IMG/VR virus record: IMGVR_UViG_3300049893_001524
Location: 1 to 46,475 of that record
DNA: 46,475 nucleotides
DNA from: a virus
Lineage: Duplodnaviria; Caudoviricetes
Direction: 5' to 3' (one strand)
Numbering within the stretch: position 1 is the first letter of the stretch; every line of letters starts with the position of its first letter. Under the pieces are notes generated by a model that did no database searches, had not been told where the DNA came from, and was given only the letters and a program-made list of their open reading frames with translations. A program made the translations under genes and the position numbers. Positions 1-9,881 of the stretch are shown piece after piece.

Positions 1-875
1 GAGGCGGCGTAGGCGTGCTTCTCGAGGTCAGACATGCCCTCGTCGGTGGACTCCAGGACCTGACGATACCGCTCGTTCTGCATGAGCTTTTCTGGCGGCA
101 GCTTCTGGACTTCGTCGTAGACGCTGACCGCAGACGAGCCCGCGGAGATCAGGCCCTCGGATGCGCCGAATGCGCTGACACCGATAGTCTTGTCGATGAG
201 CCTGAGCTTCTTCAACGCCTGATTGGCGGCGTCCGGCACACCGAATTTTTTGAGCATTTCGGCGCGTTCGTACAAAACCGTGCGCCCTATCGGGTTCGCA
301 AACGTCTGCAGAACGCGCGTCAACCCGGCGCCGATACCGGCCGACAGCGCAACCCCTGGCAATGACTCCGCCGCCATGCCGAGCGCCGTCGTCACGCCGG
401 CGCCACCCCATTCGTATTCTCCGAAGTCGTTCTTGCGAATGAATTCCTTGGAGACCTCGTCGCGCATCGCCGGCGTGAGCTTGTCGTGCCAGGTGTCGAC
501 GGCATCAGCGGCCAGGCGATCTACCGCCGTGAACGGGTCGTAGCCCAGGGCCTTCGAGAGCTTTCCGACCGGAGACGCGCCGATCAGATAGTTGAGCGAT
601 CGCCCGACGTTCGCGGAACCAGCCATGTACAGCTTGAGGTAGTCAGACATCTGGACGCCGGTGTCCGGTGCCGGAGGCTCCGGCGCCTGCGCGGCGATCT
701 GCTGTGGGCGAAAAACCGCAGCCTCTCCCGGGCCGAGGCGATACGTCTTGCCAGTGTACGGCGACGTGAATACGCCGCCGGATTCGTCCTCCCGGAATCC
801 AAACGGATCACTAGACTGGTTCTGGTCCGGTCCCCGATACCACTTGCCGGTGTATGGGCTCTGAAATTCTCCCAT
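1..875 (-). CDS. Large internal virion/ejection protein, 5' part only (runs off window; not in the ORF track)
   Basis: ATG at 875, 3 nt after the upstream TGA; reads MGEFQSPYTGKWYRG... and is open in the parts I translated at both ends (...EKHAYAA); short duplicated motif F[QT]SPYTGK[WT]YR; last gene of the ejection cluster. Confidence 0.7.
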   Translation of the reverse strand, partial: MGEFQSPYTGKWYRGPDQNQSSDPFGFREDESGGVFTSPYTGKTYRLGPGEAAVFRPQQIAAQAPEPPAPDTGVQMSDYLKLYMAGSANVGRSLNYLIGASPVGKLSKALGYDPFTAVDRLAADAVDTWHDKLTPAMRDEVSKEFIRKNDFGEYEWGGAGVTTALGMAAESLPGVALSAGIGAGLTRVLQTFANPIGRTVLYERAEMLKKFGVPDAANQALKKLRLIDKTIGVSAFGASEGLISAGSSAVSVYDEVQKLPPEKLMQNERYRQVLESTDEGMSDLEKHAYAA

Positions 876-878
876 TTC

Positions 879-1823
879 TCACCTGCGAAGTTTCTGTGGT
901 TCCGGCCTCAGTAACGCAATCTCCTCGAGACTCAACTTCCACGCCGATTGCAGCTCTCGATTGGTCATGTCTCCATAGGCGGCGTCGAAATCAGCCTGTA
1001 TGTTGCCTGGCAGTTGGCGCCCGGACTTCACGAACTCAATGGCGCGCTGGCGCACGGCGGCCTTGTCTGGAGTCGCGGCCGCAGACTCCGGGATCAATGC
1101 GCGGCGCCCGCGCTTCGCCATCTGTCGACGCTCCCACGGCCCCATTGGCGGCGGCGTCACGTCGACGCCGGCGTCCGCACTGCCAGTCGGTTGCGGAGCC
1201 TGCGCGGCGCGCGGCGCCTGCGTCTTGTCGCCTCCAGGCGGCGCACTGACCTCCTGGTAGCGCGGGTCTCCCATGTCGGCGAGTCGCGCAATCATGCTGA
1301 CGTGCGCCTGCTGTCGCTCGGTCAACAGGCGCTTGACTTCGGCCTCGGCCTTGCTGGGATCTGGATACTCGCCCTTGTCGATGGCATCGCGGAGATCGAG
1401 GATACGCGAGTCGATCGTGCTGATCTGCGACAGCGCCTGGCGTTCAATGGCCTCGCGATCCTGTCGCGTCCAGTTCTCGCGCTGCAGGGCCGCCGCACTG
1501 CCACGGTCTGAGACTTGCCAGCCGCGCTCGATACGCGCCTGCCGCTCGCGCCACTGGCGTTCTTCCTTGGATTCCTTGCCGCGTAGCTCGGCCTCTCTCT
1601 CGGCCGCCGTGAGGTTGTGCTGGAACCGCGACTCCTCGTTCTGCACGTCGAAGCCCTGACGCTTGTCGAGTTCCTCGTTCGATAGCTTCTGGCGGAGGCG
1701 CAACATATTTTCCTCGCGCTCGGCCTGAGCCTGCGCCTGCTCTTTCTGCCAGGAAAGTTGTGCGAGCTGCCCGAGTGAATCCGAGGCCGCGAGCAGCGCG
1801 CGGCTCGCGCGCTCGCTACTCAT
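879..1823 (-). CDS. Putative ejection/internal virion protein (coiled-coil, 314 aa)
   Basis: Start re-called to MSSERASR (ATG 1823, overlapping the upstream stop); Q/E/R-rich helical sequence; position in the ejection cluster. Confidence 0.6.
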   Translation of the reverse strand: MSSERASRALLAASDSLGQLAQLSWQKEQAQAQAEREENMLRLRQKLSNEELDKRQGFDVQNEESRFQHNLTAAEREAELRGKESKEERQWRERQARIERGWQVSDRGSAAALQRENWTRQDREAIERQALSQISTIDSRILDLRDAIDKGEYPDPSKAEAEVKRLLTERQQAHVSMIARLADMGDPRYQEVSAPPGGDKTQAPRAAQAPQPTGSADAGVDVTPPPMGPWERRQMAKRGRRALIPESAAATPDKAAVRQRAIEFVKSGRQLPGNIQADFDAAYGDMTNRELQSAWKLSLEEIALLRPEPQKLRR

Positions 1824-2442
1824 TGGCGCCGACCTCGAGGAGCTGGCGTTGCGGCTGGCCGCCGCCGCGCGCCATCTGCAGGTACTCTGGATCCGCGGTG
1901 CCGTCATCTACTTCCTGCGCGACCTGGCCGGCCCAGTGGTTCTGCGCCTCCTCGGATGCCTTGGCGCCGTCGGGGCCGGCGAGAACCTTTTCGCCGTGCG
2001 CCTTCACGCCCTCGAGCACGGCGAGCTGCAGGGTTTTCTCGTACTCCGGCGTGCCCTCTTTGAGTGGGAAAAACCCGCCTGCGATGCCGACGTCGAGCAG
2101 CTCTTTCGTGACCTGAACGCCTAGGTTCATAAGCAGGTCGTTGCTGAGCTCGACTTTCGCGGCCTTCGCCTGGTCGGCGATAGTCATGACGATCTGCTCG
2201 GCGGCACGGCCCACGGCCTGTTGAACGGGGACCTTCTCGTCGTTGAGGAGGTCGATGACGCGATCCCTGGTCTTGCGGCCGTGGATCATGCGCATCGCCT
2301 TGGACTCGGCCTGCTGATACTGAGTTTCTTCATCGGGGCTCGCCGGCACCTGGTCGGGACCGACATCGCCCTCCATTCCGGGAGGGATGCCGGTGGCCCG
2401 CAGGCCGGGGTCATCTGGAGACAGTAATTGTTTTTCCATCAC
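1816..2442 (-). CDS. Hypothetical virion-associated protein (208 aa)
   Basis: Coupled to both neighbours; helical acidic protein within the ejection cluster. Confidence 0.6.
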   Translation of the reverse strand: MMEKQLLSPDDPGLRATGIPPGMEGDVGPDQVPASPDEETQYQQAESKAMRMIHGRKTRDRVIDLLNDEKVPVQQAVGRAAEQIVMTIADQAKAAKVELSNDLLMNLGVQVTKELLDVGIAGGFFPLKEGTPEYEKTLQLAVLEGVKAHGEKVLAGPDGAKASEEAQNHWAGQVAQEVDDGTADPEYLQMARGGGQPQRQLLEVGANE

Positions 2443-3350
2443 GCCAGTGCTCCGTATTTGAACGGCTCGTCGAGCGCGTCATCGGTCGGCAGCAACGACC
2501 GGCCGCCAAGTGTCTGCCGGTTCTGCGCGGTTTGCTGCTGCAGGGTTTGCTGGCTCGCGGGTTGCGGCGCCATTGTGGGCAGCGGCTGACTCGGCTGGCC
2601 GAGGAGCTGGCGCTGCGGAGTCGCGGGATTGACGGCCGGCCCCGGGCCCTGCATTCCCTGCGACGGTGGCGGAGGCGCTGCGTTGGCTTCAGCGCCGTAG
2701 AAGGCACCGCGGAATTTCTTCTGCGCCTCCTGTATCTGGTTCTCAGTGGGCGCGATGAACGCGCCGATGACCTTCGTTCCGGCCTGCGCGAGCAGCAGCT
2801 TTTCTGTCAGCGTCATTCCAGCCTTTGCCGCCACGGCGCCACTAGCCCCAGCACCGGCACTACCAGCAGCAGCGCCGGTCCAACCGATGTCGGCAGCCGT
2901 GGCCGGAGCAGCAATGCCGGCAGCGTTGACAACTGTTCCAGCTACCCCAGCTCCTCCTGCAGCACTACTGATGAGACCGGACGCAGCGGCTTTTGTGGCG
3001 CCAGCAGCTAGGGCAGACGCCCCGATTCCTGCGGACTGCAGCGCGGCTACCGTCGTGCCCTTGGCCAGCGCGCCGCCGATGAGTCCGCCAGAAGACCCCA
3101 GCGTGCTCAATCCGAGCTTCGCCGCGATCTTCGTGAAGATTCCCGTGCCGGCAGCGCCTCCCCCGAGGAGGCCGCCGCCGGCAAACCCAGGCATTGATGC
3201 CGCGAACCCCGCTGTCGCCGGAAAGGCGGAAAGTGCGAGGCCAGCGGTGAAGTAGACGGCTGCCGCGATAAGCAGGGGCTTGGCTATTTTTTTCACGACC
3301 TTTACGACGGCCTTGAAAACTTTCTTGATGGCTTTGACGACACCGCTCAT
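2439..3350 (-). CDS. Putative DNA pilot/ejection protein (Gly/Ala-rich, hydrophobic N-half)
   Basis: Cationic amphipathic N-terminus, long Gly/Ala-rich hydrophobic stretch and Gln/Pro-rich tail, as in podovirus ejection proteins. Confidence 0.65.
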   Translation of the reverse strand: MSGVVKAIKKVFKAVVKVVKKIAKPLLIAAAVYFTAGLALSAFPATAGFAASMPGFAGGGLLGGGAAGTGIFTKIAAKLGLSTLGSSGGLIGGALAKGTTVAALQSAGIGASALAAGATKAAASGLISSAAGGAGVAGTVVNAAGIAAPATAADIGWTGAAAGSAGAGASGAVAAKAGMTLTEKLLLAQAGTKVIGAFIAPTENQIQEAQKKFRGAFYGAEANAAPPPPSQGMQGPGPAVNPATPQRQLLGQPSQPLPTMAPQPASQQTLQQQTAQNRQTLGGRSLLPTDDALDEPFKYGALA

Positions 3351-3358
3351 ATAACCCC

Positions 3359-3802
3359 CTAGTCGAACCGGCCGAGTTCGTACATGCCGCCGATTTTACG
3401 GAAATTCAGCCTGCGGTACAGGGTTTCCACGGCGTCGATCTGCAAACCGCTGCTCTGCCCTAACAGGATTTGATGCACTGACTTAATCCCCCACGCCCAC
3501 GCCATGAACCGCTTGAGCAGAAAGTAGCCGACGCCAGGGCGCTCCGAGTAGAACAACAGGTCGGATGCGACTCGCTGCGGAGAGAACCACATTTCCTGGG
3601 CAACGCCGAGCATGACGCCGACCAGCTTGCCGTCGGTCTCGGCGACGAATGCACAGCCCATATTCGAGCTGATGCAGTAGCGGATTTGCTTGAGCCCGCG
3701 CTCGCGATCGTACTTCCACGTCGCGTACGGCGTCTTGATCTTGAGGCGCAGACCCAGCTCCTCGATCGCCGAGACATCCGACAGAAAGGCGTTTCGTATC
3801 AT
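3359..3802 (-). CDS. GNAT-fold acetyltransferase-like protein
   Basis: MIRNA start, FVAETDGKLVG beta hairpin, PGVG motif-A-like segment, LYRRLNF motif B. Confidence 0.8.
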   Translation of the reverse strand: MIRNAFLSDVSAIEELGLRLKIKTPYATWKYDRERGLKQIRYCISSNMGCAFVAETDGKLVGVMLGVAQEMWFSPQRVASDLLFYSERPGVGYFLLKRFMAWAWGIKSVHQILLGQSSGLQIDAVETLYRRLNFRKIGGMYELGRFD

Positions 3803-3811
3803 GTGACATCG

Positions 3812-5089
3812 CTAAAAAATGGCCCTGAAATCGTTCTGACTGAACCCCGGAGACTGCTCGGGCGTTGTCATGATTGGACCCGACCCAGGGGTAGTAGTCT
3901 GCCCAGGGGTTTGAATGGTCTGACTGCCCCACGCCGGATCCCAGAGCGGGGACTGCTGGTAGTACGCCTGCAGGGCGCCGAGATCTTGATTGACGCGCTG
4001 ATACGCGTTGGCCACCGCGGTCTGCTGCTGCGCAGCGGTGAGGCCCTGCGTCGAGTAGATCTGCGCGATCTCGTTGCTCGCGCCGTTCATGCGATCGCTG
4101 ACCGACGCCAGGTACTGCGCCTGCAGGCGCGGACCGTAGTCGGCGATCCGCGTGGCCTCAGCCTGCGCGGCGATCTGCGCGAGCGTCTGCTGGTGCTGTA
4201 CGTTCATGCGCTCGATCTGCAGGCGCGAATCATCCTGGGCGAGGTTGAGGCGCTGCGCGAATTCCGTGAACAGCAACTGCTGCTGGTTCTGGAATCGTTT
4301 GTCCTCAAGCGTCAGATTGATGCCGGCCTCGCGATCGAGGAGCGACGCGCGGTAATTGAAGTCAATGGCGGCGAGCCGCGCTGATTGGTCGCCCTGCGCG
4401 GAGATTTCGCCGAGCCGCAACTGCCCCTCCTTGTCGAGGAGGTTGAGACGGTTGATGTTCTCCTGCGCGGACAACTGGAAGTTGTAGCCGAACTGCTCGA
4501 GGAGCTGGCGGCTCTGGATGTCGCCGGCCTTCGCGGCTTCCGCCATGCGCTGAATGCTGGATTCACCCTGGAGTCGCGACTGCCCCTGTATCTGCTGCTC
4601 GTTGAGCCCGAACGAGTTCTGCGCGCTCTGGTTGGCGAGGCCCTGGTTGAAATTCGCCTGGGCGTCCTGCGAGGCGATGGGCAGCGCGCCGGCAATGGCG
4701 GCTTCCTCGCCGGCCTGCACGGCCATCGTGGAATTCAGGAGCCCGCGCGAGCTCGCGGCCTCGCGCGATCGCTGGCGCGCCTGCTCGACGTACGGATTGC
4801 CCGACGACAGCAGCTCGCGAATCTGGCCGGCGACCGTGGACTTCGCGTCGACGCTGCCGAGAACCGGAGCCGGAACCACGGGCGCCGTATTCACCGCGGC
4901 CGGCGGCGCCTGCGTGGTCTGACTCGCCGGCGTCGTGCCCGGCGACTGCGTTGGCAATGCTGCACTCGGCGGCAGCAGCATCTTCTCCGCGGCCGCCGGG
5001 CTCGGTGTCGTCGCCTGCTCAGGCACTGGCGCAGACTTGACTAGCGGCGTTCCTGAGTTCAATTCCTGGTCGGTCAGAAGCTGCGCCAT
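3812..5089 (-). CDS. Putative internal virion/ejection protein (425 aa, Gln-rich coiled coil)
   Basis: Pro/Thr-rich N-terminus, RGLLNSTMA segment, long Gln-rich helix; position. Confidence 0.6.
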   Translation of the reverse strand: MAQLLTDQELNSGTPLVKSAPVPEQATTPSPAAAEKMLLPPSAALPTQSPGTTPASQTTQAPPAAVNTAPVVPAPVLGSVDAKSTVAGQIRELLSSGNPYVEQARQRSREAASSRGLLNSTMAVQAGEEAAIAGALPIASQDAQANFNQGLANQSAQNSFGLNEQQIQGQSRLQGESSIQRMAEAAKAGDIQSRQLLEQFGYNFQLSAQENINRLNLLDKEGQLRLGEISAQGDQSARLAAIDFNYRASLLDREAGINLTLEDKRFQNQQQLLFTEFAQRLNLAQDDSRLQIERMNVQHQQTLAQIAAQAEATRIADYGPRLQAQYLASVSDRMNGASNEIAQIYSTQGLTAAQQQTAVANAYQRVNQDLGALQAYYQQSPLWDPAWGSQTIQTPGQTTTPGSGPIMTTPEQSPGFSQNDFRAIF

Positions 5090-5098
5090 GACGTCACC

Positions 5099-5653
5099 TT
5101 ACTCGGGGCTAAGCTGTGGTTTGATTTCGGCGATCAACGCGTCGAGCCGGTCGGCGTTGCGTCGGCACTCGCCGAAGGCGTCGGCAACAGTGCCTTCAAG
5201 AGATCCATCGCCTTCCTCTCCGCCGGCACCAGGAGTTCCGGGCTGATCACCGGCGGCGGGCACTTCACCACGGCGGGCGGCTGTTTCTCGCGCAATCCTG
5301 AGCAGGACGCGAGCGAGATCGCGATCGCTACGAAGGGCAGCAGCCTCTTTGGTCTTGTCGAATAATGCATCGGTGATCTCCTTGTTCCTCGCCGTGGCGG
5401 CGGCAATCTTAGCCGTATTCCTGGCCTCTGCGTCCGCGGCGGCCTTGGCGTACGCCGTGGTCTGCGCCTCGAGCTTGGGTTTCCAGATCGCCACGGCGGC
5501 GTCGTAGCCCTGCTTGTAGACGTTGTGGTGCCAGAGCCCGTAGGCGCCCCAGAGGAGCAGCGCGGCGACGACGTAGACCACGGCTGGGCCGACGAAGTTG
5601 GCGGCCTTCTCGGAGAGCCCGCGCTTGAGCAGGAATGCGATTATCCACGGCAT
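5099..5653 (-). CDS. Rz: Inner-membrane spanin (Rz-like)
   Basis: N-terminal TM (VVYVVAALLLWGAYGLW), periplasmic coiled coil, C-terminal Cys; follows holin and endolysin. Confidence 0.85.
   Translation of the reverse strand: MPWIIAFLLKRGLSEKAANFVGPAVVYVVAALLLWGAYGLWHHNVYKQGYDAAVAIWKPKLEAQTTAYAKAAADAEARNTAKIAAATARNKEITDALFDKTKEAAALRSDRDLARVLLRIARETAARRGEVPAAGDQPGTPGAGGEEGDGSLEGTVADAFGECRRNADRLDALIAEIKPQLSPE
5134..5370 (-). CDS. Rz1: Outer-membrane spanin lipoprotein (Rz1-like), embedded in Rz in another frame
   Basis: ATG 5370, signal peptide RLLPFVAIAISLAS-C (lipobox LASC), Pro-rich mature part with second Cys. Confidence 0.85.
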   Translation of the reverse strand: MHYSTRPKRLLPFVAIAISLASCSGLREKQPPAVVKCPPPVISPELLVPAERKAMDLLKALLPTPSASADATPTGSTR

Positions 5654-5982
5654 TACGAATCCTTCGGCGGCGGCCTATTGGCAAATGCGTCCGCACTCTT
5701 GGCAGCAACCCAAGCGGAAATATAGGCGATGAAGAAATCTATGGAGTTGTCCTTGGTCAGTAGGGCGTAAACCAGCCCCCAAGTGGTGACACCGAACGCG
5801 CCGAGCGCGATCGCCCGGGCGCTGCTCGATTTACCTTTGTCATCCATCAACAGTTGTTCAAACGAAAATCCGCCTTTCTTCCGATCGCGCACGATCAGAG
5901 ATCGGATGACTAGCGCCATTGCGATCGCAAGCACCAGCAGCGCGAGGACTTGCTTCAACTGCGACGGCGTGAGATCAAACAT
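5653..5982 (-). CDS. Putative holin (about 3 TM segments)
   Basis: 109 aa, three hydrophobic segments, charged C-terminus, between endolysin and spanin. Confidence 0.7.
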   Translation of the reverse strand: MFDLTPSQLKQVLALLVLAIAMALVIRSLIVRDRKKGGFSFEQLLMDDKGKSSSARAIALGAFGVTTWGLVYALLTKDNSIDFFIAYISAWVAAKSADAFANRPPPKDS

Positions 5983-6439
5983 CTTTCTGCGCCTCGATAC
6001 AGGTCTTGAGCAGGCGCCGAGACCACCCGCGGCCGTAAGTCGGCCACGTCGCCAGGCTGGCGTAGTGCAGCATGCGCTCTGCCTGGTAGGCCACGGTGAA
6101 CGACTCCTTCGACGTCGCGACCTTGGCGAGTATTTCCTTGGCGCGCGCTACGCCCTGGTTGACTGCGCAGTCGAACATTACCAGCGCGGGACCGTAGCGC
6201 AGACCATCGCAGCCCATGGGATCCCAGTAGTCGCGCTTGTAGATAGCCTTGGCCTGCTCGACGGTGAGGTTGGCGATGTCGACCTTCGGGTAGCTGTTGG
6301 CGGCGATGCCGTACTTCGTGCCCTTGAGCTGTCCGACGCCAGGCTTTCCCCCCGTCCAGTTGCCGGGATCCTTGGGGTCCAGAGAAAACCCGCCCTCTGA
6401 GCCCAGCAGGAACTGAAAGGCTTGGTCGAAGGCGCTCAT
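5975..6439 (-). CDS. Endolysin, glycoside hydrolase family 108-like lysozyme
   Basis: EGGFSLDPKDPG motif, TKYGI, YKRDYW, FDCAVNQG, YGRGW; start re-called at the ATGA overlap (6439). Confidence 0.9.
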   Translation of the reverse strand: MSAFDQAFQFLLGSEGGFSLDPKDPGNWTGGKPGVGQLKGTKYGIAANSYPKVDIANLTVEQAKAIYKRDYWDPMGCDGLRYGPALVMFDCAVNQGVARAKEILAKVATSKESFTVAYQAERMLHYASLATWPTYGRGWSRRLLKTCIEAQKDV

Positions 6440-6681
6440 CTGTCGATCCACCCCAGTAGCTTAGCGATGCCGGCGGCAATCAACGCGCCGATGGCCCCCG
6501 AGACGCCTACTATGACCCAAACGGCGCCGCGGCCCTGGTTGATGGTATCGCGCAGGACATCGACAGTCGACACCAGAGAGCGTACAGAAGCCGCCAAATG
6601 CTCTACGCTAACCGCGAGTTTGGCGTTAGCAATTTTGAGATCGGTAACACCACCCTCTAACTTGACGATTCGATCCTCCAC
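6436..6681 (-). CDS. Small coiled-coil plus C-terminal TM protein (XhlA-like/holin accessory)
   Basis: Heptad N-terminus, one TM (AVWVIVGVSGAIGALIAAGIA); first gene of the lysis cassette. Confidence 0.6.
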   Translation of the reverse strand: MEDRIVKLEGGVTDLKIANAKLAVSVEHLAASVRSLVSTVDVLRDTINQGRGAVWVIVGVSGAIGALIAAGIAKLLGWIDR

Positions 6682-6708
6682 GTTACACCCCCCAGAGCTA
6701 TTGAAATA

Positions 6709-9234
6709 CTAGTCCCATTGACCAACGCTGACCATCGAAGTGCTTCCCAGGCGGCGAATCCTGAAATACGAGCCGATAGAGACCACGGCAGCAGCAGCGG
6801 TTTGCAGCAAAATACGCGGGATGACTGTACCGCCAGCGGTTACTTCAAGCGTTCCCTCCAGCTTAAAGAACGCTGCCGTGGCCGTTCCGGTCGTCACAAG
6901 CGGAGCTGCGACCAGCGTGGCGTCTACTGAGTAGCTGCCGGACAAGTTTCCGGTGGCGGCGTCTGCGGCGACATCGCGACCGAAGCCATGCCATAGGAAT
7001 GCTCCCATAGTCGCCGTGCCGCCGAAGTCGAAGGTCGCATTTCCTGTCGTGCCGCTCATCGAGGTCAGTGCGATCAGCGCATCGAATTGGTAGACGCCGG
7101 TCTCTAACGTGATCTGGCCATTTGTCGGGCTGTCGAAAATCGCCTGCGCGCCGGTTTGCGACGTCAGGGTCTCCGCGGCGTCGGCGCGAATGATGTGCTC
7201 GATCGGAACGACGCCGCGGTTGCCGGCATCCGTTGTCATGTAGAAACAGTTGTCGTCGAGCTCGACGGCGCCGTCTTCTGCCGTCGTCAACAGCGGGCCG
7301 ACGGCAAATTTTGGCCAGCTATCGGCGGTCGCCGATCCCGCAGCGAAGCGCGTGCGCCCAGGAACGTTGAGCTGTCCAGTGCTTTCATCGAACGTAAATA
7401 ACGAACTGGCGTCGAATACACCGCCGTTGTTGTACTGCACCCATGTCGACGATCCCGCGACTGAACCCGTGGGCCCAGTCGGCCCCGTGGGGCCCGGCGG
7501 CCCGTCTGGACCCGTGGGACCAAGATCACCGGCGCGGACGAACTCGACGTATATGACGTCGCTATTCGCGAATGGCTCCGCTGTGCCGAGTTCCTGAACA
7601 CCGGCCACCGTAATCTTGCGGTATCCCGTTGCCGTGGTGACCGCTGAGATCGTGAATATCTGCCCGCTGATGACGCCGGACGACGAGTATTTCAGGACGT
7701 AGAGGTGGCCCTCTACCGTGCCCGTGCCGTCGTCGAACGAATCCAGCCAGGTCGTGACCGTGTTGCCGTCGTTGTCGAGGAGGTCGATGAAAATCTGCGT
7801 CGTCGCCGATTGGTCGGCGTTGTTGAAGCGCAGCACACCATTGCCGGGATCGGCATCCGTGGTCGTCGTGCTGAACACGTACTGCAGGGCGCCGCCCGGT
7901 CTGCCAATGGATCCCGTCGGCCCAGTGGGCCCAGTAGGTCCGTTCGGCCCTGGCGGTCCATTCGGACCAGCCGGCCCCGTGCCACCGGGAGGCCCGCCGG
8001 GACCAGTAGGGCCAGGCGGACCAGTAGGACCAGCCGGCCCGAGGATGTTGCCTTGCGACGTCCAGGTGCCACCGATCTTTTCGTAGATTTCTCCGGTTCC
8101 GGTCGCCAACGCATGATCGCCGTTGACTCCGGTCGGCGCGCTCGGCACTCCGGTATCACTGAACCACACGGCTCCCGCGGTCCCCGTTGGGCCCGTCGGG
8201 CCAGGAGGCCCTGCGGGACCAGCCGGACCCGTCGGGCCAGGCGGCCCTGTGGGACCTGCCCCGCCAGCAGGACCGCTTGGCCCAGTCGGACCAGGCGGCC
8301 CTGTGGGGCCGAGAATGTTGCCCTGCGATGTCCAGGATCCCGTGATCTTCTCGTATATCTCGCCGGTCGCGGTGTCGAGGGCGTGGTCACCGTTGACGCC
8401 TGTCGGTGCACTCGGCGCGCCTGACTGGCTAAACCACACAGAACCAGCCGTGCCCGCTGGGCCAGGCGGGCCAGTTCCGCCAGCCGGACCAGCCGGGCCA
8501 GCCGGGCCAGTTGGCCCAGGCGGGCCGGCAGCGCCATCGGCTCCTGGGGGCCCAGTGGGTCCGGTGCTTCCAGATGGGCCCGGCGGTCCTGCTGGACCCG
8601 TAGGGCCTGGAGGCCCGCCAGGATCTCCAGTCGGACCTGTGGGACCAGGCGGACCAGCGGAACCCGATGGGCCGGTTGGGCCTGGCGGGCCCGTCGTACC
8701 AGCCGGACCAGTCGGACCAGCGGGGCCCGTTGGGCCAGGAGATCCAGCCGGACCCGGAGGTCCGGCGCTTCCAGACGGTCCGGTAGCGCCGGCCGGCCCG
8801 GCGGGACCAGCGGCGCCGGCGGGCCCCGGGGGGCCAACAGGGCCGCCGCCAGGGCCGGTCGGTCCCGTGGGGCCAGGCGGCCCTTGCATCATGTCGCCAT
8901 CGGTTGACACCAGGCTGATGCTGATCTTCGTGCCGCCAGGCGCGCTTTGCGGTGTGAACTCGAGCTGTTCGTAGAGGCCGACGAAGTTCAGCGACTGGTT
9001 GCCGGCGTTGAGCGGTACGGCTTCAAATGACGCTGCGATGATGACGGCTGCGTGCTTGGCGCCAGTCGGTACGCCGCGGATGCGCAGCGTTCCGCTGCCC
9101 GCGGCCGGCGTGATCGCAATAGCCAACTGGTGCGCGGCGGCCTGCGCGTGGCGCTCGATGCGAACGACCTTGGCGCCACCGTCGAGGTTGTACTCTGTGA
9201 GCAGGTCTCCAGTTGTGACTATGGTCTCGCGCAT
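6709..9234 (-). CDS. Collagen-like tail fibre protein (841 aa)
   Basis: Four Gly-Pro-X tracts separated by two near-identical ~45-aa knob domains and a beta domain; fibre-type motif [10 protein letters not shown]; C-terminal beta-rich tip. Confidence 0.85.
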   Translation of the reverse strand: MRETIVTTGDLLTEYNLDGGAKVVRIERHAQAAAHQLAIAITPAAGSGTLRIRGVPTGAKHAAVIIAASFEAVPLNAGNQSLNFVGLYEQLEFTPQSAPGGTKISISLVSTDGDMMQGPPGPTGPTGPGGGPVGPPGPAGAAGPAGPAGATGPSGSAGPPGPAGSPGPTGPAGPTGPAGTTGPPGPTGPSGSAGPPGPTGPTGDPGGPPGPTGPAGPPGPSGSTGPTGPPGADGAAGPPGPTGPAGPAGPAGGTGPPGPAGTAGSVWFSQSGAPSAPTGVNGDHALDTATGEIYEKITGSWTSQGNILGPTGPPGPTGPSGPAGGAGPTGPPGPTGPAGPAGPPGPTGPTGTAGAVWFSDTGVPSAPTGVNGDHALATGTGEIYEKIGGTWTSQGNILGPAGPTGPPGPTGPGGPPGGTGPAGPNGPPGPNGPTGPTGPTGSIGRPGGALQYVFSTTTTDADPGNGVLRFNNADQSATTQIFIDLLDNDGNTVTTWLDSFDDGTGTVEGHLYVLKYSSSGVISGQIFTISAVTTATGYRKITVAGVQELGTAEPFANSDVIYVEFVRAGDLGPTGPDGPPGPTGPTGPTGSVAGSSTWVQYNNGGVFDASSLFTFDESTGQLNVPGRTRFAAGSATADSWPKFAVGPLLTTAEDGAVELDDNCFYMTTDAGNRGVVPIEHIIRADAAETLTSQTGAQAIFDSPTNGQITLETGVYQFDALIALTSMSGTTGNATFDFGGTATMGAFLWHGFGRDVAADAATGNLSGSYSVDATLVAAPLVTTGTATAAFFKLEGTLEVTAGGTVIPRILLQTAAAAVVSIGSYFRIRRLGSTSMVSVGQWD
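8038..8448 (-). repeat. Two ~140-nt knob-domain repeats (8038-8178 and 8308-8448) in the fibre gene
   Basis: G[SA][37 protein letters not shown] twice, 270 nt apart, mostly synonymous differences. Confidence 0.9.
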
Positions 9235-9237
9235 TGC

Positions 9238-9873
9238 CTACCTGAATGGACTGCCGTGAACCCAGGCGACCAGAGAGTACCGCGTGCCTCGCGTGATCGC
9301 CGTCACGCAATGCGGAGTCCAGGACGGAAAAAGAACGGCAGCGCCACGCTCAGCGTAGATGCCGTTCAATATCTTCGGGCCTGGATCGCAAATCATCAAA
9401 TTGCAGCCGTTGTAGTCGCCGGGATCTGAGAGCTGCGCGACGACGGAAATCTTGCGTCGCGACATGTAGTGCGCGCCGAAATCCTGGTGCCAGTTGTAGT
9501 GCCCGGGCGTCTCGTCCTTGGTTTCAGCGGCCTCGTACTTCAAGAACTGGAATTCCTCGAGGAGGCCGCTGAGCTCGAACCTGTAGTCCTCGTCGTTGCA
9601 CGCCTGTACTTTGGTGTGCACGCGCTCGTAGATCCACGACGTCTTCTGCGTGTGCGCGAGAGTCGCAACCTGGACGTGGCGATAATTGGGGTCGACTCGC
9701 GACTGGTCCGGGTTTCCAATGGCGCCGTACTGCAGGTTCAGCGACTTGCCGAGCTCGACGATGGCGTCGCACTCCACCGCGGAGAACATGCGGTTGCCAC
9801 CGCTGTACTGGTAGTGCGTGTTGAAATGCGCGCTGCGCATCTGTGGCTGAATGAAATATCCTGTTGAGTTCAT
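9238..9873 (-). CDS. 2OG-Fe(II) dioxygenase, prolyl-hydroxylase-like (PKHD/P4Hc-type)
   Basis: GHYNW-H-Q-D (HxD), RKISVVAQL, FPSWTP-H-CV (distal His), G-T-R-Y-S (RxS 2OG-binding motif). Confidence 0.9.
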   Translation of the reverse strand: MNSTGYFIQPQMRSAHFNTHYQYSGGNRMFSAVECDAIVELGKSLNLQYGAIGNPDQSRVDPNYRHVQVATLAHTQKTSWIYERVHTKVQACNDEDYRFELSGLLEEFQFLKYEAAETKDETPGHYNWHQDFGAHYMSRRKISVVAQLSDPGDYNGCNLMICDPGPKILNGIYAERGAAVLFPSWTPHCVTAITRGTRYSLVAWVHGSPFR

Positions 9874-9881
9874 GGGTTCCT

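Noticed and set aside
8038-8448. Knob repeats as a diversity-generating retroelement TR/VR pair
   Set aside because: Differences are mostly synonymous and not adenine-specific, both copies are inside one CDS, and no reverse transcriptase is present.
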